Assembly (NCBI RefSeq): GCF_000332095.2
Contig: NZ_KI913949.1
Location: 1,379,169-1,411,168, forward strand
Reading direction: 5' to 3'
Length of the DNA stretch: 32,000 bases
From: Leptolyngbya sp. PCC 6406
GTDB lineage: Bacteria; Cyanobacteriota; Cyanobacteriia; Phormidesmidales; Phormidesmidaceae
The translations under genes and the position numbers were made by a program. Each line of letters starts with the position of its first letter. The first letter of the stretch is position 1. The notes beneath the pieces were generated by a model. It was not told the DNA's origin. It searched no databases and saw only the letters and a program-made list of their open reading frames with translations. This document shows, in pieces, positions 24,139-31,976 of the stretch.

Positions 24139-26094
24139 ATGTTGTACTGGTTGACCTTTATTCAATCCTTGCCTACTCTGCCTGCGTCGGTGTCTTGGCA
24201 AAATCAGGGCGCGGAATCTCAGCCGGAATCTCAGGCGGAATCTCAGGCGGAGAGGGTGGCGCTGGTGGAGACGGTGCCGGGGGGAATTGCGCCGACGGTG
24301 GGGCAGTTGGGCGGGCTGGGGGTGCTGGCTTCCAGCGGGGTGGTTACCTTTGTGGTGCTGCTGTTGGCGGCGGTGTGGGCCTACACGCGGGTCTATGTGA
24401 TCACGCCCACGAACGAGGCATTTGTGAAAACGGGCGGGGTCATCCGCAAGCGCAAGAAGGTGATTCTCAACGGCGGCTGTGTGGTGCTGCCGGGGTTCCA
24501 TGAGTTGACGCGGGTGCCTCTGCGGGAAATGTCCATTGATGTGGAACGCACGGGAAAGCTGGCGGTACGGACCCAGGATTATCTGCGGGCGGATATGCGG
24601 GCAACGTTCTATGTCTGCATCAATGCCTCGGAAGATGATGTCCTGACCTCTGCGGCCCGCCTTTCACGGGATGGCAAAATTACGCCGGAAGACATTAAGA
24701 ATGCCCTGGAAAAGCGGGCGGATGATGGCTTGCGGGCGGCGGCGAAGACCAAGACTCTGGCGGAAATTGATTCGGACAAGCTGGGATTTGCTCAGGAGGT
24801 GCTGAACCTGATCGAGCCGGATCTGAAGAAGGTGGGGCTGACTCTGAATAATCTGGCGATTTCGGAGATTGAGGAAAGCGATACCTACGACACCAACAAC
24901 TTTTTTGACGCCCAGGGGGTGCGGCTACGGACGGAAACGATTCAGCGCTCAATCCAGCAAAAGCGGGAGGTGGAGCTGACGACGCGGGTCGCTATTGAGC
25001 AAAAGGAATTGGATGCGGAGAAGCGATCGCTGGAAATTACCCGCGATCAGGAGGATGCCAAACTGGCCCAGGTTCTGGAAATTGAGTCTTTGAAGGCAGA
25101 GCGCGAACGGGCTATTCAGGAAAAGCGCGATCGCGAAGCAGCCACCGCCCAACGCACCAAGATTTTGCAAGAGAAGTCGGTGGAGGAGGAAGAAATTCAG
25201 CGCAAGCTGAGTGTCCAACAGGCCCAAATCCAGGCGGATATTGAACTAGAGGAACAGCAAAAAGTCTTGAAGGTAGCCCAGGCCCGCCAGCAAGAAGAGG
25301 CGGAAGTCGCGGAAGTCCAGCGCCAAAAATCCGTCGATGCCTCCCAATACAAGGCACTGGTAGAACTAGCGGAGGCAGAGCGGGAGTCGAAGGTGGCCCA
25401 GCAGGATGCGGCGATCGCGATCGCGGAGCGAGAACGGAACCGATTCCAGACCGAGGCAGAACGCGCCCAGGCCCAAGCCAAGGTCCAGACCGCCACCGCC
25501 GTAGAAGAGGCAGAACGGCAACAACGCCTTGCCATCATCGCCGCAGAACAGGACGCCCAAGAGCGCCGCATTGCCGACCAAAACGTAGTAGAGATCGACG
25601 TATTCCGCAAGCGGCGACAGGCAGAAATTGCCCGCCAGACCTCAGAACTAGAGGCAGAGGCCATCCGTACCCTGGCCCAGGCAGAACTCGATCGCGCCCT
25701 CGCCGAAGCCCAAGGTACTGAGGCCAAAATTCAAGCCCGTAATGTCATCAGCAACGCCAACCTCACCGCCGATGTCATTGCCCAAATCTGGCCCGAGCTA
25801 GCGGATCGACTGCCGGAGGTACTGCGCGCCCTCGCTCCCCAACCGGGGGTCATCGGCGATGCCCGGATCTACGCCTTTCCTGGTGCTGGAGAGAATGGCC
25901 ATGGAGCCGGGGACATCAACAAGCTCATGCTTTCCACCAGCGGCCTTGCCCTGATCAATAGCCTGCTCGAAGATGGCAAACTTGGGAGCGTCCTCGGGCA
26001 GGTGAGCCAACTCATTCGGGGCGGTGGCGACAACGGAGCGCCCCCCAGCAGCCCTAATGCCCCGGAGATTACAGAGGAAGATTCCCTCTTCTAA
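24139..26094 (+). CDS. flotillin family protein (SPFH/Band 7 domain, YqiK-like) with long Glu/Ala/Gln-rich coiled coil
   Basis: An N-terminal TM segment is followed by YVITPTNEAFVKTGG...VILNGGCVVLPGFHELTRVPLREMSIDV...LAVRTQDYLRADMRATFYVCIN (SPFH). About 300 aa of heptad-like EA-rich sequence follow. ATG 24139 has GGAGG 5 nt upstream; the listed 24127 start is GTG. Confidence 0.85.
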   Translation: MLYWLTFIQSLPTLPASVSWQNQGAESQPESQAESQAERVALVETVPGGIAPTVGQLGGLGVLASSGVVTFVVLLLAAVWAYTRVYVITPTNEAFVKTGGVIRKRKKVILNGGCVVLPGFHELTRVPLREMSIDVERTGKLAVRTQDYLRADMRATFYVCINASEDDVLTSAARLSRDGKITPEDIKNALEKRADDGLRAAAKTKTLAEIDSDKLGFAQEVLNLIEPDLKKVGLTLNNLAISEIEESDTYDTNNFFDAQGVRLRTETIQRSIQQKREVELTTRVAIEQKELDAEKRSLEITRDQEDAKLAQVLEIESLKAERERAIQEKRDREAATAQRTKILQEKSVEEEEIQRKLSVQQAQIQADIELEEQQKVLKVAQARQQEEAEVAEVQRQKSVDASQYKALVELAEAERESKVAQQDAAIAIAERERNRFQTEAERAQAQAKVQTATAVEEAERQQRLAIIAAEQDAQERRIADQNVVEIDVFRKRRQAEIARQTSELEAEAIRTLAQAELDRALAEAQGTEAKIQARNVISNANLTADVIAQIWPELADRLPEVLRALAPQPGVIGDARIYAFPGAGENGHGAGDINKLMLSTSGLALINSLLEDGKLGSVLGQVSQLIRGGGDNGAPPSSPNAPEITEEDSLF

Positions 26095-26145
26095 CTCGAT
26101 AGCAACGACCATGGCGGGGGTGAACGAACAAAAGCACACTCCCTG

Positions 26146-26230
26146 AGTCGCCCCTTGCCAAGGGGCGACTGGGTACACATATAGCGCTTCTCACTCGGGT
26201 TAAGGACAGGCAAGGGGCTTCAGCCCCTTG
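26146..26230 (+). terminator. two hairpins downstream of the flotillin gene (possible terminator region)
   Basis: The first hairpin is AGTCGCCCCTT-GCC-AAGGGGCGACT (26146-26170, 11-bp perfect stem). The second is CAAGGGG-CTTCAG-CCCCTTG (26211-26230), followed by TT. There are no long U-runs. Confidence 0.4.
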
Positions 26231-26290
26231 TTCCCCGAATTGCCATCCAGTTGAGCTGTACCTCATCCATTAGGGAACCGCTATATTTTG

Positions 26291-26422
26291 GGCATCAACG
26301 TAAGCCCAGACAATATGGGCTCCGAGGAATTCAGGAATTCAGGAGTCAGTACTCTCCTAGATTCTGGCTCCTAACGCCTAACGCCTCCCCACGAGATTTG
26401 TCCCGCTTTGAGTTGATACCCC
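26291..26422 (-). repeat. family A dispersed repeat, copy 3 (reverse orientation)
   Basis: The reverse complement is collinear with 571-695 (GGGGTATCAACTCAAAGCGGGACAAATCTCGTGGGGAGG...GTTGATGCCC). It ends 3 nt from the stop of the pentapeptide gene. Confidence 0.85.
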
Positions 26423-26424
26423 TC

Positions 26425-27066
26425 CTACAGAGCGAGCCGCGTTCCTAGCAAACAGGCTCCTGCCAAGGTGATGCCCTTCACGTTGGCTCCATCCACCTCC
26501 GCACAAAGCAAGTTGGCCCCACTCAGGGAAGCCCCCGCCAAATTCGCCTCTCGTAAATCCGCCTCCTCCAGGTTGGCCTCGTTGAGCACCGCCCCTTGGA
26601 GGTCGGCGTGGGCCAAAATCGCTCCCTGTAAGTTGGCTCCACTCAGATTGCTTCCCCGCAAATCGGCCCCCCGCAGGTCCACCCCCTTGAGGTTCACCCC
26701 CATTAGGTTGGCCCCGTTCAAAAAAGCGCCCGCCAAACTCACCCCAGTCAATGTCGCCCCCATGAAGTTGGCCCCCCGCAGGTTCGCCCCCCGCAAATCG
26801 GCCCCGGTGAGATCCGCCTGCATCAAGTTAGCCCCCCACAGGTTCGCCCGCAGGTCGGTGCCCTGGAGCTGTGCCCCCATCAGGTTCGCCCCCTCTAACT
26901 TGGCCCGCGCCAGATTGCTCTGGGCGAGATTAGCCCCCACCAAGGTGGCCCCATTCAGCACAATACCGCTGAGATCGGCATTGGACAGATCTTCATCCTC
27001 TAGGTCAGCCCCCGGCAGATGGCGCTGGGCACCACTATGAATGGCTTGAATGTCCTGGGTAGTCAT
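26425..27066 (-). CDS. pentapeptide repeat-containing protein
   Basis: Nearly the whole 213 aa is A(D/N)LxG-type pentads (ANLMGAQLQGTDLRANLWGANLMQADLTGADLRGANLRGANFMG...). Confidence 0.9.
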   Translation of the reverse strand: MTTQDIQAIHSGAQRHLPGADLEDEDLSNADLSGIVLNGATLVGANLAQSNLARAKLEGANLMGAQLQGTDLRANLWGANLMQADLTGADLRGANLRGANFMGATLTGVSLAGAFLNGANLMGVNLKGVDLRGADLRGSNLSGANLQGAILAHADLQGAVLNEANLEEADLREANLAGASLSGANLLCAEVDGANVKGITLAGACLLGTRLAL

Positions 27067-27385
27067 AGGGGTAGGAGGTCGGTCATCAATAGGGCTGCAT
27101 CCGGTATGGTAATCCTCTTACCTCTGAAGAAACAACGTTTTTAGGATGGACTGGGGGGCTATTGCGGGGGAGGCGGAGCCTCCGGGGAGGTGCCGTGGCA
27201 GCGCCACGGCACCAGAATATAGGGGAGCTAAACCCGCCCCTACGGGATCTTGTGGCGGTGGGGCCGGGGTCAGGGATAGGGCTTGAGGGGGAGACGGGGA
27301 TACCCGAAAAAATGCAAAAAATTCGGGCGCGAAGCGCGGAAGAGGTCTGCCTTGAGCGAAGTCGAACATAAACAGCCCAAAATGC

Positions 27386-27414
27386 AAAAAAATTTCTTCG
27401 CGCTCTGCGCGAAG
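27386..27414 (-). terminator. candidate intrinsic terminator of the caspase operon
   Basis: The minus strand reads CTTCGCGC-AGA-GCGCGAAG followed by AAATTTTTTT. It begins about 50 nt after the stop at 27467. A weaker related copy lies at about 27305-27340. Confidence 0.5.
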
Positions 27415-27466
27415 GGGAAGGGTAAAGAAAAAAGATAATAGTGCAAAAGTACTATAGGGCAGAGGG

Positions 27467-29596
27467 CTACGGAAGAGGCCACGAGGAGACACAGACAACC
27501 CGAAAACCGATGATGTAGTTCTGGTTATCGCGCGTGCCCCAGTTGCGATTGGCCGAGCGGCAGTACCTGGGATCGTCGTACCACGAACCGCCCCGCAGCA
27601 GCCGATTTTCATTCTCGTTAGAGGATAACCAAGCACTGCCATCGGTGGGAGCACCTTCGTAGCTGCCGTGCCAGGGGTCTTGGCACCATTCCCACACGTT
27701 GCCGTGCATGTCATAGAGACCAAAGGCGTTGGGGGGAAAGCTACCCACGTCTAGGGTCTTTTGGCGATAGGTGCCTTTGGGGCCATTGCCATAGGGGTAG
27801 TTGCCATCGTAGTTGGCTAAATCAGGGGTGATGGTGTCGCCGCAGTGAAAGGGGGTTTCGGTGCCAGCCCGACAGGCGTATTCCCATTCGGCTTCACTGG
27901 GCAGGCGGTAGTCGTGGCCGCTGTGGCGGGTGAGACGATCGCAGAATTCCACTGCGTCATACCAAGACACGCGCTCTACCGGGCAATTGTTCCCTTTGAC
28001 ATGGGCAGGATCGGGCTTGAGATCGGTCTTGACCTTAGGCAATCCGGCTACCGCTCGCCACTGGGCTTGGGTGATGGCATATTTCCCCAGCCAGAAGCCG
28101 GGAACCTGAACCCGATGGCGGGGCTTCTCATCGCCATAACCCTCCCCATCTGGGGAACCCATCCAGAACTCCCCTGGAGGGATCTTGACCAGATCTAGGG
28201 GCACTTCCCCTGGCAGGGTCTCTCGGCGATATTCAGCCCGATGTTGTTCTCGGCTCGTTAGGACTCTGGGCGATCCGAGCCCCAATAATTTCCGCTCAAC
28301 TCCCGTGATCTTCAGCACACTGAACTCAAATGTAGGGAAGGTCTCAGGGGCAGTGGAGGGTGTTGTGGGGATGGTGGGCGGTGCCCACCCTACGGGGGCA
28401 GCGTTGGTGTTGGGGGACGATCCCTCCGGGATGGGGGGCGATGCTGCCCACCCTACGGGGGCGGGGGGCGGCGCTGCGGGGGTGGGTTTGAGGTTGAGGC
28501 GTTGGGTGAGGGCTTGTTCGATTTTGGTGGCATCGGCTGACCCCAGACCTAGGTTGAGGCGGATTTCCGCCAGCCGCCGCTGGTTACGCTCTGTGGGTAG
28601 GTAGCCATTTTTAGCTGCCATTTGAAAGTACTTGGCGTACTCACGGCGCTGACTGGCCCGTTTTTGATAGGGGGCTTGCACTTGGGCCTCGATGGCGGCG
28701 GCGGCTTCGCGGGTTAAGCCTAGCCGTTGGCGTCGCGTTTCTAAGATGCCGCGATCCAGATCGTCCTCAATGGTGCCATTGAAGTCGAGGTCTAGCTCTG
28801 CATCCAGTTCCTGAAAGATGTCATCCACCGCCTTGCGATATTCCTGCTCGGCATCCAGTTTGGGTGCCCGCACCAGGGGCAGATCAAATCCGGTATCCTC
28901 AGCCAGGATTTTGGGGAGATAGCCGCCTTTGCGCTCGATTTCGAAGCGGCGCTCGGCGTGGTTGTGGAGATCGCGCACCAAGATCCAATCGCCATGGCCG
29001 GGGTAGGCGGCTCCTTCCATCCCTTCAACTAGGTAGCGAGTATAGAGGGAGAGGCCGTCTTTTTCTTGCAGGGCGATGTTGGTGGCGCTGGAGGAGGCTA
29101 AAATCACCCGCCCCTTGGCCTTTAGTTCGCCAAAGTCGATGGGGGTGTCTCCCTTTTTGAGTAGATCTGCGATCGCGCCACTGTAGCAACAGTCCAAAAT
29201 CACCACAATCCGTTGGCTCCGACTCAGCTCCATTCGCCGCTGGAGAAAGGTAGCGGAAACGGCGCTGGATTCCACCAAGCGCCCTTGGGGCTTTTGGCTG
29301 CTGCGGGTGCAGAAATGCAGTTGGGGAGACAAAATGCCCCCACTGCCCAAGTCGCCATGGCCAGAGAAATACAACAGCAGCAAATCCTCTGACTGTCCCC
29401 GTTGAAAAAATTGCTCCAGGTGGGTGCGGAAGGTCTCACTGTCGCAATTCTCCAGAGAGGTGACATCGAAGGCACCCCCCTCTGGGTCCGACAGCACACG
29501 GGTCATGGCCTGCACGTCCAGCACGCTCCCCGGCAGGGGCTCGAAGCCCTCGCCGTAGTCACTCACCCCCACCAGCAATGCCCGCCGCTCACCCAT
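27467..29596 (-). CDS. orthocaspase (peptidase C14 p20-like domain) fused to a C-terminal FGE-sulfatase (SUMF1-like) domain
   Basis: The N-terminus RALLVGVSDYGEGFEPLPGSVLDVQAM...LLLLYFSGHGDLG carries the catalytic His. VVILDCCYSGA carries the catalytic Cys. The C-terminus has PPGEFWMGSP...EKPRHRVQVPGFWLGKYAITQAQW...VERVSWYDAVEFCDRL...YRLPSEAEWEYACRAGT...GLYDMHGNVWEWCQD...LLRGGSWYD...RSANRN, the standard FGE-sulfatase motifs. Confidence 0.9.
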   Translation of the reverse strand: MGERRALLVGVSDYGEGFEPLPGSVLDVQAMTRVLSDPEGGAFDVTSLENCDSETFRTHLEQFFQRGQSEDLLLLYFSGHGDLGSGGILSPQLHFCTRSSQKPQGRLVESSAVSATFLQRRMELSRSQRIVVILDCCYSGAIADLLKKGDTPIDFGELKAKGRVILASSSATNIALQEKDGLSLYTRYLVEGMEGAAYPGHGDWILVRDLHNHAERRFEIERKGGYLPKILAEDTGFDLPLVRAPKLDAEQEYRKAVDDIFQELDAELDLDFNGTIEDDLDRGILETRRQRLGLTREAAAAIEAQVQAPYQKRASQRREYAKYFQMAAKNGYLPTERNQRRLAEIRLNLGLGSADATKIEQALTQRLNLKPTPAAPPPAPVGWAASPPIPEGSSPNTNAAPVGWAPPTIPTTPSTAPETFPTFEFSVLKITGVERKLLGLGSPRVLTSREQHRAEYRRETLPGEVPLDLVKIPPGEFWMGSPDGEGYGDEKPRHRVQVPGFWLGKYAITQAQWRAVAGLPKVKTDLKPDPAHVKGNNCPVERVSWYDAVEFCDRLTRHSGHDYRLPSEAEWEYACRAGTETPFHCGDTITPDLANYDGNYPYGNGPKGTYRQKTLDVGSFPPNAFGLYDMHGNVWEWCQDPWHGSYEGAPTDGSAWLSSNENENRLLRGGSWYDDPRYCRSANRNWGTRDNQNYIIGFRVVCVSSWPLP

Positions 29597-29984
29597 CCCG
29601 TTTTTGCTTCGTCGCCTCGACCGCAGCTAAAAAAGTCTGGAAATCTGCCATGGGGTCGCGATCGCCCCGCACCTTGAATTCCAGCTTGGTGCCTTCGTGT
29701 TCCAGCTTAATTTCACTGGTACTGCCTGCTACCAGGTTCTGCAATCCCCCCACCAGCAGCTTCAGCAGGGCCAAATCAACCTTGAGATCAAACCAGTCGG
29801 GTCGGGTCCAGCCTTTTTCCACCAGTCGAGGGTCAGGCTCCGGCCCCGGCCCTGCAACGGGGACAACTTCAGCCCCTTGACGGGCCAAGGTCATCGCCAG
29901 GGTGGTCAACATCTGGTGCAAGTCTTCATCCGTTGCTTGGGGATCCGTCACGGAGATTCGCAGCGCTAGGGTCGTGTCATCCAT
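29589..29984 (-). CDS. small acidic protein translationally coupled to the orthocaspase (possible EACC1-like effector-associated component)
   Basis: This 131-aa ORF has a TGA stop overlapping the caspase ATG (ATGGGTGA, 8-nt overlap at 29589-29596). Its layout is LRISVTDPQATDEDLHQMLTTLAMTLARQG, a Pro-rich linker, then DLKVDLALLKLLVGGLQNLVAGSTSEIKLEHEGTKLEFKV. Family assignment is tentative. Confidence 0.6.
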   Translation of the reverse strand: MDDTTLALRISVTDPQATDEDLHQMLTTLAMTLARQGAEVVPVAGPGPEPDPRLVEKGWTRPDWFDLKVDLALLKLLVGGLQNLVAGSTSEIKLEHEGTKLEFKVRGDRDPMADFQTFLAAVEATKQKRDG

Positions 29985-30333
29985 TATTCAGTCCCCAAAG
30001 CAATGTCTTAGTTTAGACCAGCCCAATTGAGAAACTATTCGGAAATCCAGTCCGATTAAATGACCACACAAATCTATTCCATCGGTAGGGGCGTTAGCGT
30101 AGCCATGCCGAAGGCTTTAAGGCTTTTCGCCCTTTCCAGAATTGTGCCCCATTAACCGGACATCATCGGAAATAGCCAGCTTTCGTCCAGGGTGCTATCA
30201 CGCCCTCAAAATCCTCCTATCCTAGAGTCACCTTGACTTTCCCAGTCTCACTGTCATCGCTCCCTGATCGCTTCTCGTGCGGGGGGCACAATTCTGGGCA
30301 GTCTGGGAATAGAGTTCTAGAGTGCTTTACCCC

Positions 30334-31884
30334 ATGAGCCCGACTGATGTCACTACCGCAGAGTTGCTACTAGAGCGCTATGCCCAAGGAGAACGGGACT
30401 TTTCCCAGGTCTCTCTGAATGAATGCAACTTGGCTGGAGCCCAGATTCCCCATATCGTGCTGCGCCAAGCCAACCTCAATATTGTCAACCTCAGTACCGC
30501 TAACCTCAGCTTCAGTGACCTTCAGCAGGCGTCTCTGAATGTGAGTCGTTTCAGCGGGGCCAACCTCAGCCAAGCCTGTCTGCGTCAGGCCCAACTCAAT
30601 GTGGCCAACCTGATTCGGGCGGTGCTGGTGGGGGCCGACCTGTCAGAGGCATCCTTGATTCGGGCAGAACTGCTGCGGGCAGATCTCAGTAACGCCACCC
30701 TCAACCAAGCCAACCTCAGCGAGGCAGATTTGCGGGAGGCCCGTCTGCGCTGGGCGCGCCTGAGCGGGGCCAACCTGAGCCAGAGTGATCTGCGTAAAAG
30801 TAATTTTCTCGGGGCCAACCTAGAGGGGGCACAACTCTACGCCGCCCAGATGGAGGACACGGTGCTGAGTGGAGCGGTCTTGCAGCGGGCAGAACTGCGC
30901 CATGCCACCCTGATGGGGGCGGATCTGAGTGGGGCCAACCTGCGGGGGGCTAACCTGCGGTGGGCCGACCTGAGTGGGGCCAATCTCCAGGAGGCAGACC
31001 TGACCGATGCCAAGCTCAGCGGGGCCACTCTGGTGGGGGCAGACCTGAGTGGAGCCACCCTGGTCAATACCATCCTGGTCCATACGGACTTGAGCCGGAC
31101 CAGACTCCAGCGGGTCTATTGCGTAGACTCCGATCTGTCGGGGGCGACCCTGAATGGTGCTTTCTTGGCCGGGGCGGTGTGCTACGACCTCGTGACCGCT
31201 GAAACCACCTGTGATTGGGTGGATCTGAGTGTGAATGGGGATGGCTCTAAGGTGCAGCGCTTCACCGATGCCGGGGCTATCCATGCCTTCTTTAATCGCC
31301 GACCGCCCCAGGTGCAGGTGGTGGTGGATGTGGCTCTAACCCAGGGAGCCCACGCTAGCTTGGCCCAGGCGTACCATCAGCTCGCGGCGGTGCTGGATTG
31401 GTTTGTCATGCCGCCGGATATCGAGATTAGCCATCGTCGCACCGTGCTGACCTTTAAGGCCGATACCGAGACGACGCTAATGGCGATCGCATTTCTATCC
31501 ACTTGGCCCTTTAAGGATCGCAAGGCGGTGCGGACCGCTCTCTTGGGCTTTGTCACGGCGGAGAAGACTGCTGCTGTCCCCAATTTGCCCAACCAGGCTA
31601 TCCTCGAATGCCTGGAGGCTACCGTATCCGAAGTGGATACCTTGGAACTGTGTCCCCTGCGGGAGGACTTAGATCAATCTTCCTTTTTTGCCGCCCCCCT
31701 GCAAGTGAAGCTCACCAACACCACGGGGCAGGCTCTAGAGCTTTACCACAACCCTCGTTTTGGTGTGCGCAATTTTCCCCTGGCCCAGGGGTTGTTTCCG
31801 GTCCAACCCCGGCAAGATCCCTTTCCCCATTTGGAAGATTATCAGTCCTTTGTGGCAGGGTTTCGGGATGGGACATCAGGATGA
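30334..31884 (+). CDS. pentapeptide repeat protein (~290 aa of repeats) with ~230-aa C-terminal domain of unknown function
   Basis: Long runs of A(N/D)LSx pentads are present (ANLSFSDLQQASLNVSRFSGANLSQACLRQAQLNVANL...). A non-repetitive C-terminal half follows (VQVVVDVALTQGAHASLAQAYHQLAAVLDWFVMPPDIEISHRRTVLTFKAD...). ATG 30334 was chosen; the listed GTG is at 30322. Confidence 0.8.
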   Translation: MSPTDVTTAELLLERYAQGERDFSQVSLNECNLAGAQIPHIVLRQANLNIVNLSTANLSFSDLQQASLNVSRFSGANLSQACLRQAQLNVANLIRAVLVGADLSEASLIRAELLRADLSNATLNQANLSEADLREARLRWARLSGANLSQSDLRKSNFLGANLEGAQLYAAQMEDTVLSGAVLQRAELRHATLMGADLSGANLRGANLRWADLSGANLQEADLTDAKLSGATLVGADLSGATLVNTILVHTDLSRTRLQRVYCVDSDLSGATLNGAFLAGAVCYDLVTAETTCDWVDLSVNGDGSKVQRFTDAGAIHAFFNRRPPQVQVVVDVALTQGAHASLAQAYHQLAAVLDWFVMPPDIEISHRRTVLTFKADTETTLMAIAFLSTWPFKDRKAVRTALLGFVTAEKTAAVPNLPNQAILECLEATVSEVDTLELCPLREDLDQSSFFAAPLQVKLTNTTGQALELYHNPRFGVRNFPLAQGLFPVQPRQDPFPHLEDYQSFVAGFRDGTSG

Positions 31885-31976
31885 AGGTAGAAGGCAGAAG
31901 GCAGAAGGATGAAGGCAGAAGGATGAAGGCAGAAGGATGAAGGCAGAAGGATGAAGGCAGAAGGATGAAGGCAGAA
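31879..31976 (+). repeat. tandem array of 14-bp unit GGATGAAGGCAGAA (alternating heptamers), about 7 units
   Basis: Five perfect units run from 31907 to 31976. They are preceded by GGATGAAGGTAGAA and two GGCAGAA half units. The first unit supplies the TGA stop (31882-31884) of the preceding gene. Confidence 0.9.

Noticed and set aside
23875-24503. 208-aa minus-strand and 133-aa plus-strand ORFs across the yqiJ-flotillin spacer
   Set aside because: They read through G-rich and T-rich tandem repeats (HPITPSP..., GISGGISGG...). These are repeat translations.
25197-25727. 176-aa minus-strand ORF inside the flotillin coiled-coil region
   Set aside because: It is the antisense of GAG/GCN-rich coiled-coil coding sequence. 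The composition is low complexity (S/A/W/R).
26468-27040. 190-aa plus-strand ORF opposite the pentapeptide gene
   Set aside because: It is the antisense reading of pentapeptide repeats. The minus-strand frame gives canonical A(D/N)LxG pentads from an ATG with a proper stop.
27118-27723. 201-aa minus-strand ORF spanning the caspase 3' end and downstream repeats
   Set aside because: It is out of frame with the FGE-domain coding sequence. It continues through the terminator and repeat region and has no motifs.
31608-31940. 110-aa ORF ending in MKVEGRRQKDEGRRMKAEG
   Set aside because: It is out of frame within the pentapeptide gene and reads into the 14-bp tandem array.
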